Origin: Ranitomeya imitator
Lineage: Eukaryota
Length of the DNA: 64,000 nt
NCBI RefSeq assembly: GCF_032444005.1
Contig: NC_091283.1
Span: 38,192,001 to 38,256,000, forward strand
Reading direction: 5' to 3'
Part shown: positions 48,101-58,039 of the stretch, piece after piece
How the letters are laid out: each line of letters opens with the position of its first letter
Numbering within the stretch: the stretch's first letter is position 1
Program-made: the position numbers and the translations under genes
Notes under the pieces: generated by a model
What the model was told of the DNA's origin: nothing
Databases searched by the model: none
Seen by the model: only the letters and a program-made list of their open reading frames with translations

Positions 48101-48931
48101 AAAATTCAAACACTTGGCGACATTTACACTGGGCCTAAATTCATTGACTTCAGTTCACTAAAAAGCAAATTTAATGCCCCCTCATCTCTCTTCCTTGAAT
48201 ACATGATCCTGAGGGAAAACCTAAGCCTTTTTCTTAACCTCAAACTGAAACTCTCGGAGTTTTCTTCAAAAATCCTTTCTAATCCAAATCACTCAATTTT
48301 CTGGAGTCACAAGTTCATTTACAACAGTTTCAATAAAGATGAATCATTGGCTAAAAGCGCAGCTCTCATAACCTGGGAGAAATCCTTAGGTCTCTCCGCC
48401 TCCATAGACGATTGGGAGGAGGCCTTTTCGGCTTCATACCAATCAACAATTTCAATGTCCCTTCTGGAGTCGCACTTCAAGGTGTGCTCCAGGTGGTATT
48501 ACACCCCAGCAAGACTGTCCCACTTCAGCCCATCCAACTCCTCCCTATGTTGGAGAAACTGTGGACATAAAGGCGACCTATTACATATTTTTTGGAGCTG
48601 CCCCACTGCGGCCCTCTTTTGGCTGGAAATCTCTTCAATCATCTCTAAATTGTCAGGATCCCCTTTTACACTCTCCCCACAACTAGCCCTTCTCTCCTTG
48701 GACACCAACCTTATCGACAGACCCTTATTGCGCATAATCTTGCATATCTGCTTGGTAGCTAAAAAATCCATTGCCTGTCATTGGAAAAAGGCCACTCTGC
48801 CCAATGCAGCTTTTGTCATCAAGTTAATGATGCAGCATAGAGAGCTTGAGCTCAAATTTGCCTTGCTCAATAATGAGTTTAGCAGATTTTACCAAAAGTG
48901 GCATATATGGGAGCAGCATTATCCTCCTTGA
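45161..48931 (+). CDS. L1 ORF2p (APE endonuclease, reverse transcriptase, Cys-rich C-terminus), 1256 aa from the ATG
   Basis: SYNVRGLN, CLQETK, GDFN, SDH; PGPDGF, YRPISLLN, LDAEKAFD, GTRQGCPLSP, FADD; CWRNCGHKGDLLHIFWSC; no internal stop. Confidence 0.96.
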   Translation: MSFKLLSYNVRGLNSPQKRHALWRELISLQTDIACLQETKFLAGNHPYFNHRSFPHIFEACNSSKKAGVITLIRNSVPFEFTEEYADPKGRYHILICNINGQECTIINTYAPNKNQISFLSKLLKKINKVKKGNLIFLGDFNATPDKTLDSSSGLRPASEDLNWWLDKSELYDTFRCLNSTSREYTHFSSVHHSASRIDLILSDIFSLEKFKKVDIGDRTLSDHSPVTGEVSLGPSLKNSKAWKCSSFIIHDSIHATTIRNNISHYFNENPPEITNPATNWCAHKAVIRGTLISISSKIKREKRAKIKKLQKDIRDLEKSLISLPSPSSKLQTDLNSLRQDLRSLLFSPYEAALNSSKFKVYSSLNKPTKYMANRIKKFRIHNKINRISSLSDNTTLSHPQDIVNEFSKYYSKLYNLNLDPSSPPPKDSDIKAYLANINLPSLTKEEIESLSAPFSSSEVEEAINHLKSQKSPGPDGFCNSYYKAFGTNLIPHLVKLFNYASNSGSFPPEMLEASIVLIPKQAANPMATSSYRPISLLNTDIKLFSKILANRLSVILPRLIVNDQMGFIKNRQPADATRRILNQIKLTNKFKTPTVFVSLDAEKAFDRIDWSFLKHTLQKFGFNDKLISSFMTLYQGPTAKVTCNNHISDPFHINNGTRQGCPLSPLLFNLALEPLAEHIRQNSSITGIFTNKRHHKLSLFADDIILTLTNPAVSTLETIKELENFASLSKFKINGSKSNILPIHLCKKEINSLKKVISFRWCIEEFPYLGIIINKNLDKTVSSNLRKIDEILKKDCTTFNDKSLSWWGRNLTVKMFTLPKILYILRCIPLPISASLLRKIQTRLNKFIWNDKKPRTNTRSLYKTKIHGGIDLPNITAHYNTLLLKQSSPWWSDQNEPAWLDLEEEINGRKPLKSIILKAISSSPNKIHNHPIFQAISLTWSSTLKKRDSDQNSSVLLKLSLSFIYSILNLILPPVWADLKIQTLGDIYTGPKFIDFSSLKSKFNAPSSLFLEYMILRENLSLFLNLKLKLSEFSSKILSNPNHSIFWSHKFIYNSFNKDESLAKSAALITWEKSLGLSASIDDWEEAFSASYQSTISMSLLESHFKVCSRWYYTPARLSHFSPSNSSLCWRNCGHKGDLLHIFWSCPTAALFWLEISSIISKLSGSPFTLSPQLALLSLDTNLIDRPLLRIILHICLVAKKSIACHWKKATLPNAAFVIKLMMQHRELELKFALLNNEFSRFYQKWHIWEQHYPP

Positions 48932-49963
48932 AAAACCAACATTCCTAAATTGGTTTATGTCTACGTAAATGTTCACAAGATCTTCTCTCTCCTTCCCTTC
49001 CCACACTAAACTTTGGTTTTGTAGTTGCAGTTACTTGATATTAACAAGTTTTCCACAAGGGCCGTCCCCTGGCATTGTTTTGAAACATTGTTGTTGATTC
49101 ATATTCTGCCTATATGCCTCTCAAGGGCTACGTCCCTTGCACTACTCTACGTTGAATTGTTATTACTCTTCAAAAGTTTTGCTTGTTATGTATTGTCTTT
49201 GCCCTCCCATATTTCCCTTACTCGTATCCTCCCCTCCTCCCCTCCTCCCCTCCTTTTATTCCCTGCCCCTCCTCTCCAGGTTAAGACACAAAATTCCAAT
49301 AAAGTTCTTTGGAAAAAAAAAAAGTTGTACATTCTCCTCATGTTTTGTGTATTTCCAATAAAAAAAAGTCTCTATAAAGAATTTGTACTAGTATTTATGT
49401 GTTTGAGATATTTGGGCATGGACTAATTGTGGTGCCGAGGACCAGTCACTTCCATAAATGTCATTTTTACCTGGTGTAAATGAAGTGATGCACCTGAATC
49501 TGGCATCATTTTTCTTTTGTTCCTGTGCCTCTCCATTACTAATATAAGGTCCCTGTTCCCTCATTATAAATCTAATCCATCCTTTTTGCCAAGTGGGCAT
49601 GGTCCTAAGAAGAAGCCCGCAGAAAAGTATTGAGAACCATGCCTAATTGGCTAAAGAGACTACATTTATAGTATATACAGAAACAATGGAAATAAAATAA
49701 AAATGTATCTCAGCGTTTTTGTAGATTTTATGTATTACAATGCACCTACAGTAAAAGTATTGTTTTTATAACTTTACATTGTAAAATATTCCCTCTCTTG
49801 ATTAATTCTCAATATTTTACCCGCCTCGAAAAAAAAATCAAATTTGTGGATTAAAGATGCCACCTAAACAGAATGTTCCATCAATTATCTTATATTGGCA
49901 AATAAATGAAAACTGAATTTTATTTCCTGTCACTTAACCAGTTTTTTTTTCCTGTGAGCATAT

Positions 49964-49995
49964 AGCGCCCCCTAGTGCCTGCATCTGGAACTTCA
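49964..49995 (-). promoter_or_regulatory. Candidate CTCF site with upstream motif
   Basis: Minus strand TGAAGTTCC-N8-GCACTAGGGGGCGCT resembles TGCAGTNCC...CCACTAGGGGGCGC. Confidence 0.5.
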
Positions 49996-50199
49996 GTACA
50001 ACCTGATTTGTACTTGCCTTACCGCAGAGAGTCGGTATGTTGGTGAGACACGACTTATCTTTCAGGAATGCTGGTCGTCATTTATTATATTACTCTCTGC
50101 AATATATCTGTGCAGGTTAGCTCTGATAATGTCCTCAAAAACTTTGCACACTACTGATGTCAGACTCACTGGATGGTAGATGCCTGGATATACCTTCTT

Positions 50200-50790
50200 A
50201 CTTTTCTTAAATATCGGTACCTCGTGAGCCATCCTCCAATCCTATGGCACCAGCCCTGTTGCAAGAGAGTCTAAGACTATGAGATACAGTGGTCTGTCAA
50301 TTACTGAGCTCAACTCCCTCAATATCCATGGGTGAATGCCATCTGGTGTGCGGACTTTATCAATATCTAATTTTGTAATATTGGGTGGTAAATAGTGATG
50401 AGCGAATATACTCGTTACTCGAGATTTCTCTAGCACGCTCGGGGGTCCTCCGAGTATTTTTTAGTGCTCGGAGTTTTAGTTTTCTTCACCGCAGCTGAAT
50501 GATTTACATCTGTTAGCCAGCATAAGTACATGTGGGGTTGCCTGGTTGCTAGGGATTCCCCACATGTAATCAAGCTGGCTAGTAGCTGTAAATCATTCAG
50601 CTGCGGTGATGAAAACTAAATCTCCAAGCACTAAAAAATACTCGGAGGACCCCGAGCGTGCTCAGGAAATCTCGAATAACGAGTATATTCGCTCATCACT
50701 AGTGGTAAACTTTGATTTCTACCTTGCTGAATGCTACCTAGTGCGGGCAGAAGTGCATGTCTACTATCTCAGCCTACTCTTTGTCCTCTA
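50200..50790 (-). mobile_element. Old CR1 fragment interrupted by a hAT MITE
   Basis: Translation DIDKVRTPDGIHPWILRELSSVIDRPLYLI is similar to the CR1 at 58144-60411 (KIDKSPGPDGIHPRVLRELSNVIDKPLFLI). Confidence 0.75.
50393..50701. mobile_element. hAT MITE, 309 bp, palindromic
   Basis: TIR TAGTGATGAGCGAATATACTCGTTA / TAACGAGTATATTCGCTCATCACTA; 8-bp TSD GTGGTAAA on both sides. Confidence 0.93.
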
Positions 50791-50823
50791 GAATTTTATA
50801 ACTAGGATCAGATTTTTCTTTCT

Positions 50824-50925
50824 TTCTCTGTGGCTATCCTTTATTTTGTTTCTCTGTGGCTATCCTTTATTTTGTTTCTCTGTGGCTAGCCTTTATTTTG
50901 TTTCTCTGTGGCTATCCTTGCTAGT
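50824..50925. repeat. 26-bp tandem repeat (tttctctgtggctatcctttattttg), about 4 copies
   Basis: Direct repetition. Confidence 0.85.
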
Positions 50926-51194
50926 TTCAGACCTCAGCACCTTCTCTTTCATAATAGCTGGATCACCTCTGTCGACTCAAGAAGTGCTTTGGAGTTGGAT
51001 CAGTTTGTAAGAAATATGAAATGTATTTATTTATTTTACAGATCATTTTCCTTATTAAAAAACAATACTCATCCATTTTCTATACTTTCGACTAGGCACA
51101 GACATTAGCAGCAATAGATTGACAAAAACCCTATTTAGTTACATAGAACTTTAAACAGGGCATGCTCTAATATGGATAAAGGTCGTTGTACAGG

Positions 51195-51520
51195 AAGGGG
51201 AGGAGGTGAGCTGTGACATCAACTATTGTGAATGGTGGATCCTGTGTTATCTACTGTATATAGAGGTGTTATCAGTCATTGTACAAGAGGAGGAGGTGAG
51301 CTGTGACATCACCTAATGTGAATGGTGGATCCTGTGTTATCTACTGTATATAGAGGTGTTATCAGTCATTATACAGGAGGTGGAGGTGAGCTGTGACATC
51401 ACCTATTATGAATGATGGATCCTGTATAATCTACTGTATATAGAGGTGTTATCAGTCATTGTACAGGAGGAGGAGGTGAGCTGTGACTTCACCTATTGTG
51501 AATGGTGGATCCTTGTTATC
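51195..51520. repeat. 90-bp satellite, reverse orientation to 19660-23510, left part
   Basis: Reverse complement of the same unit. Confidence 0.93.
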
Positions 51521-54500
51521 TGTTGTGAATTCTGTTTTCGAACTCCCTCCTGTGGTCATGAATGGTACTTCGGCGAGTTCTGTCCATGGACTCCCTCTGG
51601 TGGCTGTGAGTGGAGCTGCTGCTTCTGAGGTTCCTTCCACAGGTGACGTAGTTTATTCGTTGGCTGGCTGTTCTATTTAACTCCACTCAGATCGTTACTC
51701 CATGCCAGCTGTCAATGTTCTTGTACTGGTTCAGTTTGCTCCTGGATCTTTCTGGTGATCTGTCTACTCCAGCAGAAGCTAAGTCCCTGCTAGTTATTTA
51801 TTTGTTCATTGTTTCCTTGTCCAGTTGGCTATCATGATTTTGTCTTGCTAGCTGGAAGCTCTGGGATGCAGAGTGGCACCTCCGCACCGTGAGTCGGTGC
51901 GGAGGTCTTTTTGTACACTCTGCGTGGTCTTTTGTAGTTTTTTGTGCTGACCGCAAAGATACCTTTCCTATCCTCAGTCTGTTTAGTAAGTCTGGCCTCC
52001 CTTTGCTGAAACCTGTTTCATTTCTGTGTTTGTGACTTCATCTTAACTCACAGTCAATATATGTGGTGGGCTGCCTTTTCCTCTGGGGAATTTCTCTGAG
52101 GCAAGGTAGGCTTTATTTTCTATCTTTAGGGCTAGTTAGCTCTTAGGCTGTGAAGAGGCGTCTAGGTCGTGTTAGGTACGCTCCACGGCTATTTCTAGTT
52201 GTGTGATAGGATTAGGGGTTGCGGTCAGCAGAGTTCCCACTTCCCAGAGCTTGTCCTGTGTGAGTTTAACCAACAGGTCGTTCCGGGTGCTCCTAACCAC
52301 CAGGTCCATAACAGTACAGCTGGCCCAAAGTATTAATGCATCTCAATAGAGGGATAAGAGAAGTTCTGAAACCATTTTTTTTCTCTGCAGTGTTTTTTGT
52401 CTTTCTTTTCCCCTTAACCTCTGGGTGGTTCTGGACACAGGTGTAGATATGGACATTCAGGGTCTGTCCTCTTGTGTGGATCATCTCACGGCAAGGGTAC
52501 AAAACATTCAAGATTTTGTGGTTCAGAATCCGATGTTAGAGCCTAGAATTCCAATTCCTAATTTGTTTTCTGGGGATAGATCTAAATTCCTGAATTTCAA
52601 AAATAATTGTAAACTGTTTCTAGCTTTGAAACCCCGCTCCTCTGGTGACCCCGTTCAACAAGTAAAAATCATTATTTCTTTGTTGCGTGGTGACCCTCAA
52701 GACTGGGCATTTTCCCTTGCGCCAGGAGATCCTGCATTGTGTGATGTAGATCCGTTTTTTCTAACGCTTGGAATGCTTTATGATGAACCAAATTCAGTGG
52801 ATCAGGCAGAGAAAATATTGCTGGCTTTGTGTCAGGGTCAGGATGAAGCGGAGGTGTACTGTCAGAAGTTTAGAAAGTGGTCTGTGCTTACTCAGTGGAA
52901 TGAGTGTGTCCTGGCGGCAATGTTCAGAAAGGGTCTTTCTGAAGCCCTTAAGGATGTCATGGTGGGATTTCCCATGCCTGCTGGTCTGAATGAGTCTATG
53001 TCCTTGGCCATTCAGATCGATCGGCGCTTGCGTGAGCGCAAAGCTGTGCACCATTTGGCGGTATTCTCTGAGCATAGGCCTGAGCCTATGCAATGTGATA
53101 GGACTTTGACCAGAGCTGAACGGCAAGAACACAGACGTCGGAATGGGCTGTGTTTTTACTGTGGTGATTCCACTCATGCTATCTCCGATTGTCATAAGCG
53201 CACTAAGCGGTTCGCTAGGTCTGCCACCATTGGTACGGTACAGTCGAAATTTCTTTTGTCCATTACTCTGATTTGCTCTCTGTCGTCCTATTCTGTTATG
53301 GCATTTGTGGATTCAGGCGCTGCCCTGAATTTGATGGACTTGGAGTTTGCCAGGCGCTGTGGTTTTTTCTTGGAGCCCTTGCAGTATCCTATTCCATTGA
53401 GAGGAATTGATGCTACGCCTTTGGCCAAGAATAAGCCTCAATACTGGACTCAATTGATCATGTGCATGGCTCCTGCACATCAGGAGGATATTCGCTTTTT
53501 GGTGTTGCATAATCTGCATGATGTGGTCGTTTTGGGGTTGCCATGGCTACAGGTCCATAATCCAGTATTGGATTGGAAATCTATGTCTGTGTCCGGCTGG
53601 GGTTGTCAGGGGGTACATGGTGATGTTCCATTGCTGTCAATTTCGCCTTCCACTCCTTCTGAAGTCCCTGAGTTTTTGTCAGATTACCGGGATGTATTTG
53701 AAGAGCCCAAATCCGGTGCCTTACCTCCTCATAGGGATTGCGATTGTGCTATTAATTTGATTCCTGGTAGTAAGTTTCCTAAGGGCCGACTGTTTAATTT
53801 ATCTGTGCCAGAGCACGCCGCTATGCGGAGTTATATAAAGGAATCCTTGGAGAAAGGTCATATTCGCCCGTCGTCATCACCGTTGGGAGCAGGGTTCTTT
53901 TTTGTGGCCAAGAAGGATGGCTCTTTGAGACCTTGTATTGATTACCGCCTTCTTAATAAGATCACAGTCAAATTTCAGTACCCTTTGCCGCTGCTGTCTG
54001 ATTTGTTTGCTCGGATTAAGGGGGCTAGTTGGTTCACCAAGATAGATCTTCGAGGGGCGTATAATCTTGTGCGAATTAAACAGGGCGATGAATGGAAAAC
54101 AGCATTTAATACGCCCGAGGGCCATTTTGAGTACCTGGTTATGCCATTCGGGCTTTCTAATGCTCCATCTGTGTTTCAGTCCTTTATGCATGACATCTTC
54201 CGAGAGTACCTGGATAGATTCATGATTGTATATTTGGATGATATTTTGGTCTTTTCGGATGATTGGGAGTCTCATGTGAAGCAGGACAGAATGGTGTTCC
54301 AGGTCCTTCGTGCGAATTCCTTGTTTGTGAAGGGGTCGAAATGTCTCTTTGGGGTTCAGAAGGTTTCATTTTTGGGTTTCATTTTTTCCCCTTCTACTAT
54401 CGAGATGGACCCTGTTAAAGTTCAGGCCATTTATGATTGAACTCAGCCGACATCTGTGAAGAGCCTGCAGAAGTTCCTGGGCTTTGCTAATTTTTACCGT

Positions 54501-57302
54501 CGCTTCATCGCTAATTTTTCTAGTGTTGCTAAACCATTGACTGATTTGACCAAGAAAGGTGCTGATGTGGTCAATTGGTCTTCGGCGGCTGTAGAGGCTT
54601 TTCAGGAGTTGAAGCGTCGTTTTTCTTCTGCCCCTGTGTTGTGCCAGCCAGATGTTTCGCTCCCGTTTCAGGTCGAGGTTGATGCTTCTGAGATTGGAGC
54701 AGGGGCTGTTTTGTCGCAAAGAAGTTCTGATGGCTTGGTGATGAAACCATGTGCCTTCTTTTCTAGAAAATTCTCGCCTGCTGAGCGCAATTATGATGTT
54801 GGCAATCGAGAGTTGTTGGCCATGAAGTGGGCATTCGAGGAGTGGCGACATTGGCTTGAAGGAGCCAAGCATCGCGTGGTGGTCTTGACGGATCACAAGA
54901 ATTTGACTTATCTCGAGTCTGCCTAACGGTTGAATCCTAGACAGGCTCGATGGTCGCTGTTTTTCTCCCATTTTGATTTTGTGGTTTCGTACCTTCCGGG
55001 CTCTAAGAATGTGAAGGCTGATGCCCTGTCAAGGAGTTTTGTGCCTGACTCTCCGGGTGTTCCTGAGTCGGCGGGTATTCTCAAAGAGGGGGTAATTTTG
55101 TCTGCCATCTCCCCTGATTTGCAGCGCGTGCTGCAGAAGTTTCAGGCTGATAGACATGACCGTTGTCCAGCGGAGAAACTGTTTGTCCCTGATAGATGGA
55201 CTAGTAGAGTTATCTCTGAGGTTCATTGTTCGGTGTTGGCGGGTCATCCTGGAATCTTTGGTACCAGAGATTTGGTGGCTAGATCCTTTTGGTGGCCTTC
55301 TTTGTCACGGGATGTGCGTTCTTTTGTGCAGTCCTGTGGGACTTGTGCTCGGGCTAAGCCCTGCTGTTCTCGTGCCAGTGGGTTGCTTTTGCCCTTGCCG
55401 GTCCCGAAGAGGCCCTGGACGCATATTTCCATGGATTTTATTTCAGATCTCCCTGTCTCTCAAAGGATGTCGGTCATTTGGGTGGTTTGTGATCGCTTCT
55501 CTAAGATGGTCCATTTGGTACCCTTGTCTAAATTGCCTTCCTCCTCTGATTTGGTGCCATTGTTTTTCCAGCATGTGGTTCGTTTGCATGGCATTCCGGA
55601 GAACATCGTCTCTGACAGAGGTTCTCAGTTTGTTTCGAGGTTTTGGCGGTCCTTTTGTGCTAAGATGGGCATTGATTTGTCTTTTTCTTCGGCTTTCCAT
55701 CCTCAGACAAATGGCCAAACTGAATGAACTAATCACACTTTGGAGACATATCTGAGATGCTTTGTTTCTGCTGATCAGGATGATTGGGTGTCCTTCTTGC
55801 TTTTGGCTGAGTTCGCCCTTAATAATCGGGCCAGCTCGGCTACTTTGGTTTCGCCTTTTTTCTGTAATTCTGGTTTCCATCCTCGTTTCTCTTCAGGGCA
55901 GGTTGAGCCTTCGGACTGTCCTGGTGTGGATACGGTGGTGGACAGGTTGCAGCAGATTTGGACTCATGTGGTGGACAATTTGACATTGTCCCAGGAGAAG
56001 GCTCAACGTTTCGCTAACCGCCGGCGCTGTGTTGGTCCCCGACTTCGTGTTGGGGATTTGGTTTGGTTGTCATCTCGTCATGTTCCTATGAAGGTTTCCT
56101 CTCCTAAGTTTAAGCCTCGTTTCATTGGTCCATATAAGATTCCTGAAGTTCTTAATCCTGTGTCATTTCGTTTGGACCTTCCAGCTTCTTTTGCCATCCA
56201 TAATGTGTTCCATAGGTCGTTATTGCGGAGATACGTGGCGCCTATGGTTCCCTCCGTTGATCCTCCTGCCCCGGTGTTGGTCGAGGGGGAGTTGGAGTAT
56301 GTGGTGGAGAAGATTTTGGATTCTCGTATTTCGAGATGGAAACTCCAGTACCTGGTCAAGTGGAAGGGTTATGGTCAGGAAGATAATTCCTGGGTTTTTG
56401 CATCTGATGTTCATGCTGCCGATCTAGTTTGTGCCTTTCATTTGGCTCGTCCTGATCGGCCTGGGGGCTCTGGTGAGGGTTCGGTGACCCCTCCTCAAGG
56501 GGGGGGTACTGTCGTGAATTCTGTTTTCGAACTCCCTCCTGTGGTCATGAATGGTACTTCGGCGAGTTCTGTCCATGGACTCCCTCTGGTGGCTGTGAGT
56601 GGAGCTGCTGCTTCTGAGGTTCCTTCCACAGGTGACGTAGTTTATTCGTTGGCTGGCTGTTCTATTTAACTCCACTCAGATCGTTACTCCATGCCAGCTG
56701 TCAATGTTCTTGTACTGGTTCAGTTTGCTCCTGCATCTTTCTGGTGACCTGTCTACTCCAGCAGAAGCTAAGTCCCTGCTAGTTATTTATTTGTTCATTG
56801 TTTCCTTGTCCAGTTGGCTATCATGATTTTGTCTTGCTTGCTGGAAGCTCTGGGATGCAGAGTGGCACCTCCGCACCGTGAGTCGGTGCGGAGGTCTTTT
56901 TGCACACTCTGCGTGGTCTTTTGTAGTTTTTTGTGCTGACCGCAAAGATACCTTTCCTATCCTCAGTCTGTTTAGTAAGTTTGACCTCCCTTTGCTGAAA
57001 CCTGTTTCATTTCTGTGTTTGTGACTTCATCTTAACTCACAGTCAATATATGTGGGGGGCTGCCTTTTCCTTTGGGGAATTTCTCTGAGGCAAGGTAGGC
57101 TTTATTTTCTATCTTTAGGGCTAGTTAGCTCTTAGGCTGTGTAGAGGCGTCTAGGTCGTGTTAGGTACGCTCCACGGCTATTTCTTGTTGTGTGATAGGA
57201 TTAGGGGTTGCGGTCAGCAGAGTTCCCACTTCCCGGAGCTTGTCCTGTGTGAGTTTAACCATAAGGTCGTTCCGGGTGCTCCTAACCACCAGGTCCATAA
57301 CA
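51521..57302 (+). mobile_element. Gypsy/chromovirus LTR retrotransposon 2, full length, inserted in the satellite
   Basis: 793-bp LTRs at 51521-52313 and 56510-57302; GTTATC duplicated at the flanks; polypurine tract before the 3' LTR. Confidence 0.97.
52449..56669 (+). pseudogene. Gypsy 2 single-frame gag-pol with three nonsense mutations
   Basis: The ORF pieces share one frame; stops at 54438, 54924 and 55725; CCHC knuckle, DSG protease, YLDD, integrase and chromodomain. Confidence 0.93.
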
Positions 57303-57920
57303 GTTATCTACTGTATATAGAGGTTATCAGTCATTGTACAGGAGGGGAGGATGGGAGCTGTGACCACCTATTGTGAATGGTGGATCTTGTGTTATCTACT
57401 GTATATAGAGGTGTTATCAGTCATTGTACAGGAGGAGGTGAGCTGTGACATCACCTATTGTGAATGGTGGATCCTGTGTTATCTACTGTATATAGAGGTT
57501 ATCAGTCATTGTACAGGAGGGGAGGAGGGGAGCTGTGACATCACCTATTGTGAATGGTGGATCTTGTGTTATCTACTGTATATAGAGGTGTTATCGGTCA
57601 TTGTACAGGAGGAGGAGGTGAGCTGTGACATCACCTATTGTGTATGGTGGATCCTGTGTTATCTACTGTATATAGAGGTGTTATCAGTCATTGTACAGGA
57701 GGAGGAGGTGAGCTGTGATATCACCTATTGTGAATTGTGGATCTTGTGTTATCTACTGTATATAGAGGTGTAATCAGTCATTGTACAGGAGGAGGAGGGG
57801 AGCTGTGACATCACCTATTGTGAATGGTGGATCCTGTGTTATCTGCAGTATATAGAGGTGTTATCAGTCATTGTACAGGAGGAGGAGGTGAGCTGTGACA
57901 TCACCTATTGTGGATGGTGG
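57303..57920. repeat. 90-bp satellite, right part, between Gypsy 2 and Gypsy 3
   Basis: Same unit continues after the Gypsy 2 3' LTR. Confidence 0.93.
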
Positions 57921-58039
57921 TGTTGTGAATTCCGCTCTTGGGCTCCCTCCGGTGGTTGTAAGTGGCACTTTTGTGAGTTCTGCTCTTGGGCTCCCTCTTG
58001 TGATTTCTAGTGGTATGGCTGCTCCTTGGAGTTAGCTGT

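Larger units (their letters stand above)
42270..49320 (+). mobile_element. Full-length L1-clade LINE (~7.05 kb) with intact ORFs
   Basis: 16-bp TSD AAAGTTGTACATTCTC at 42254-42269 and 49321-49336; TT/AAAG target; ~1.5-kb GC-rich 5' UTR; AATAAA and poly(A) tail. Confidence 0.97.
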
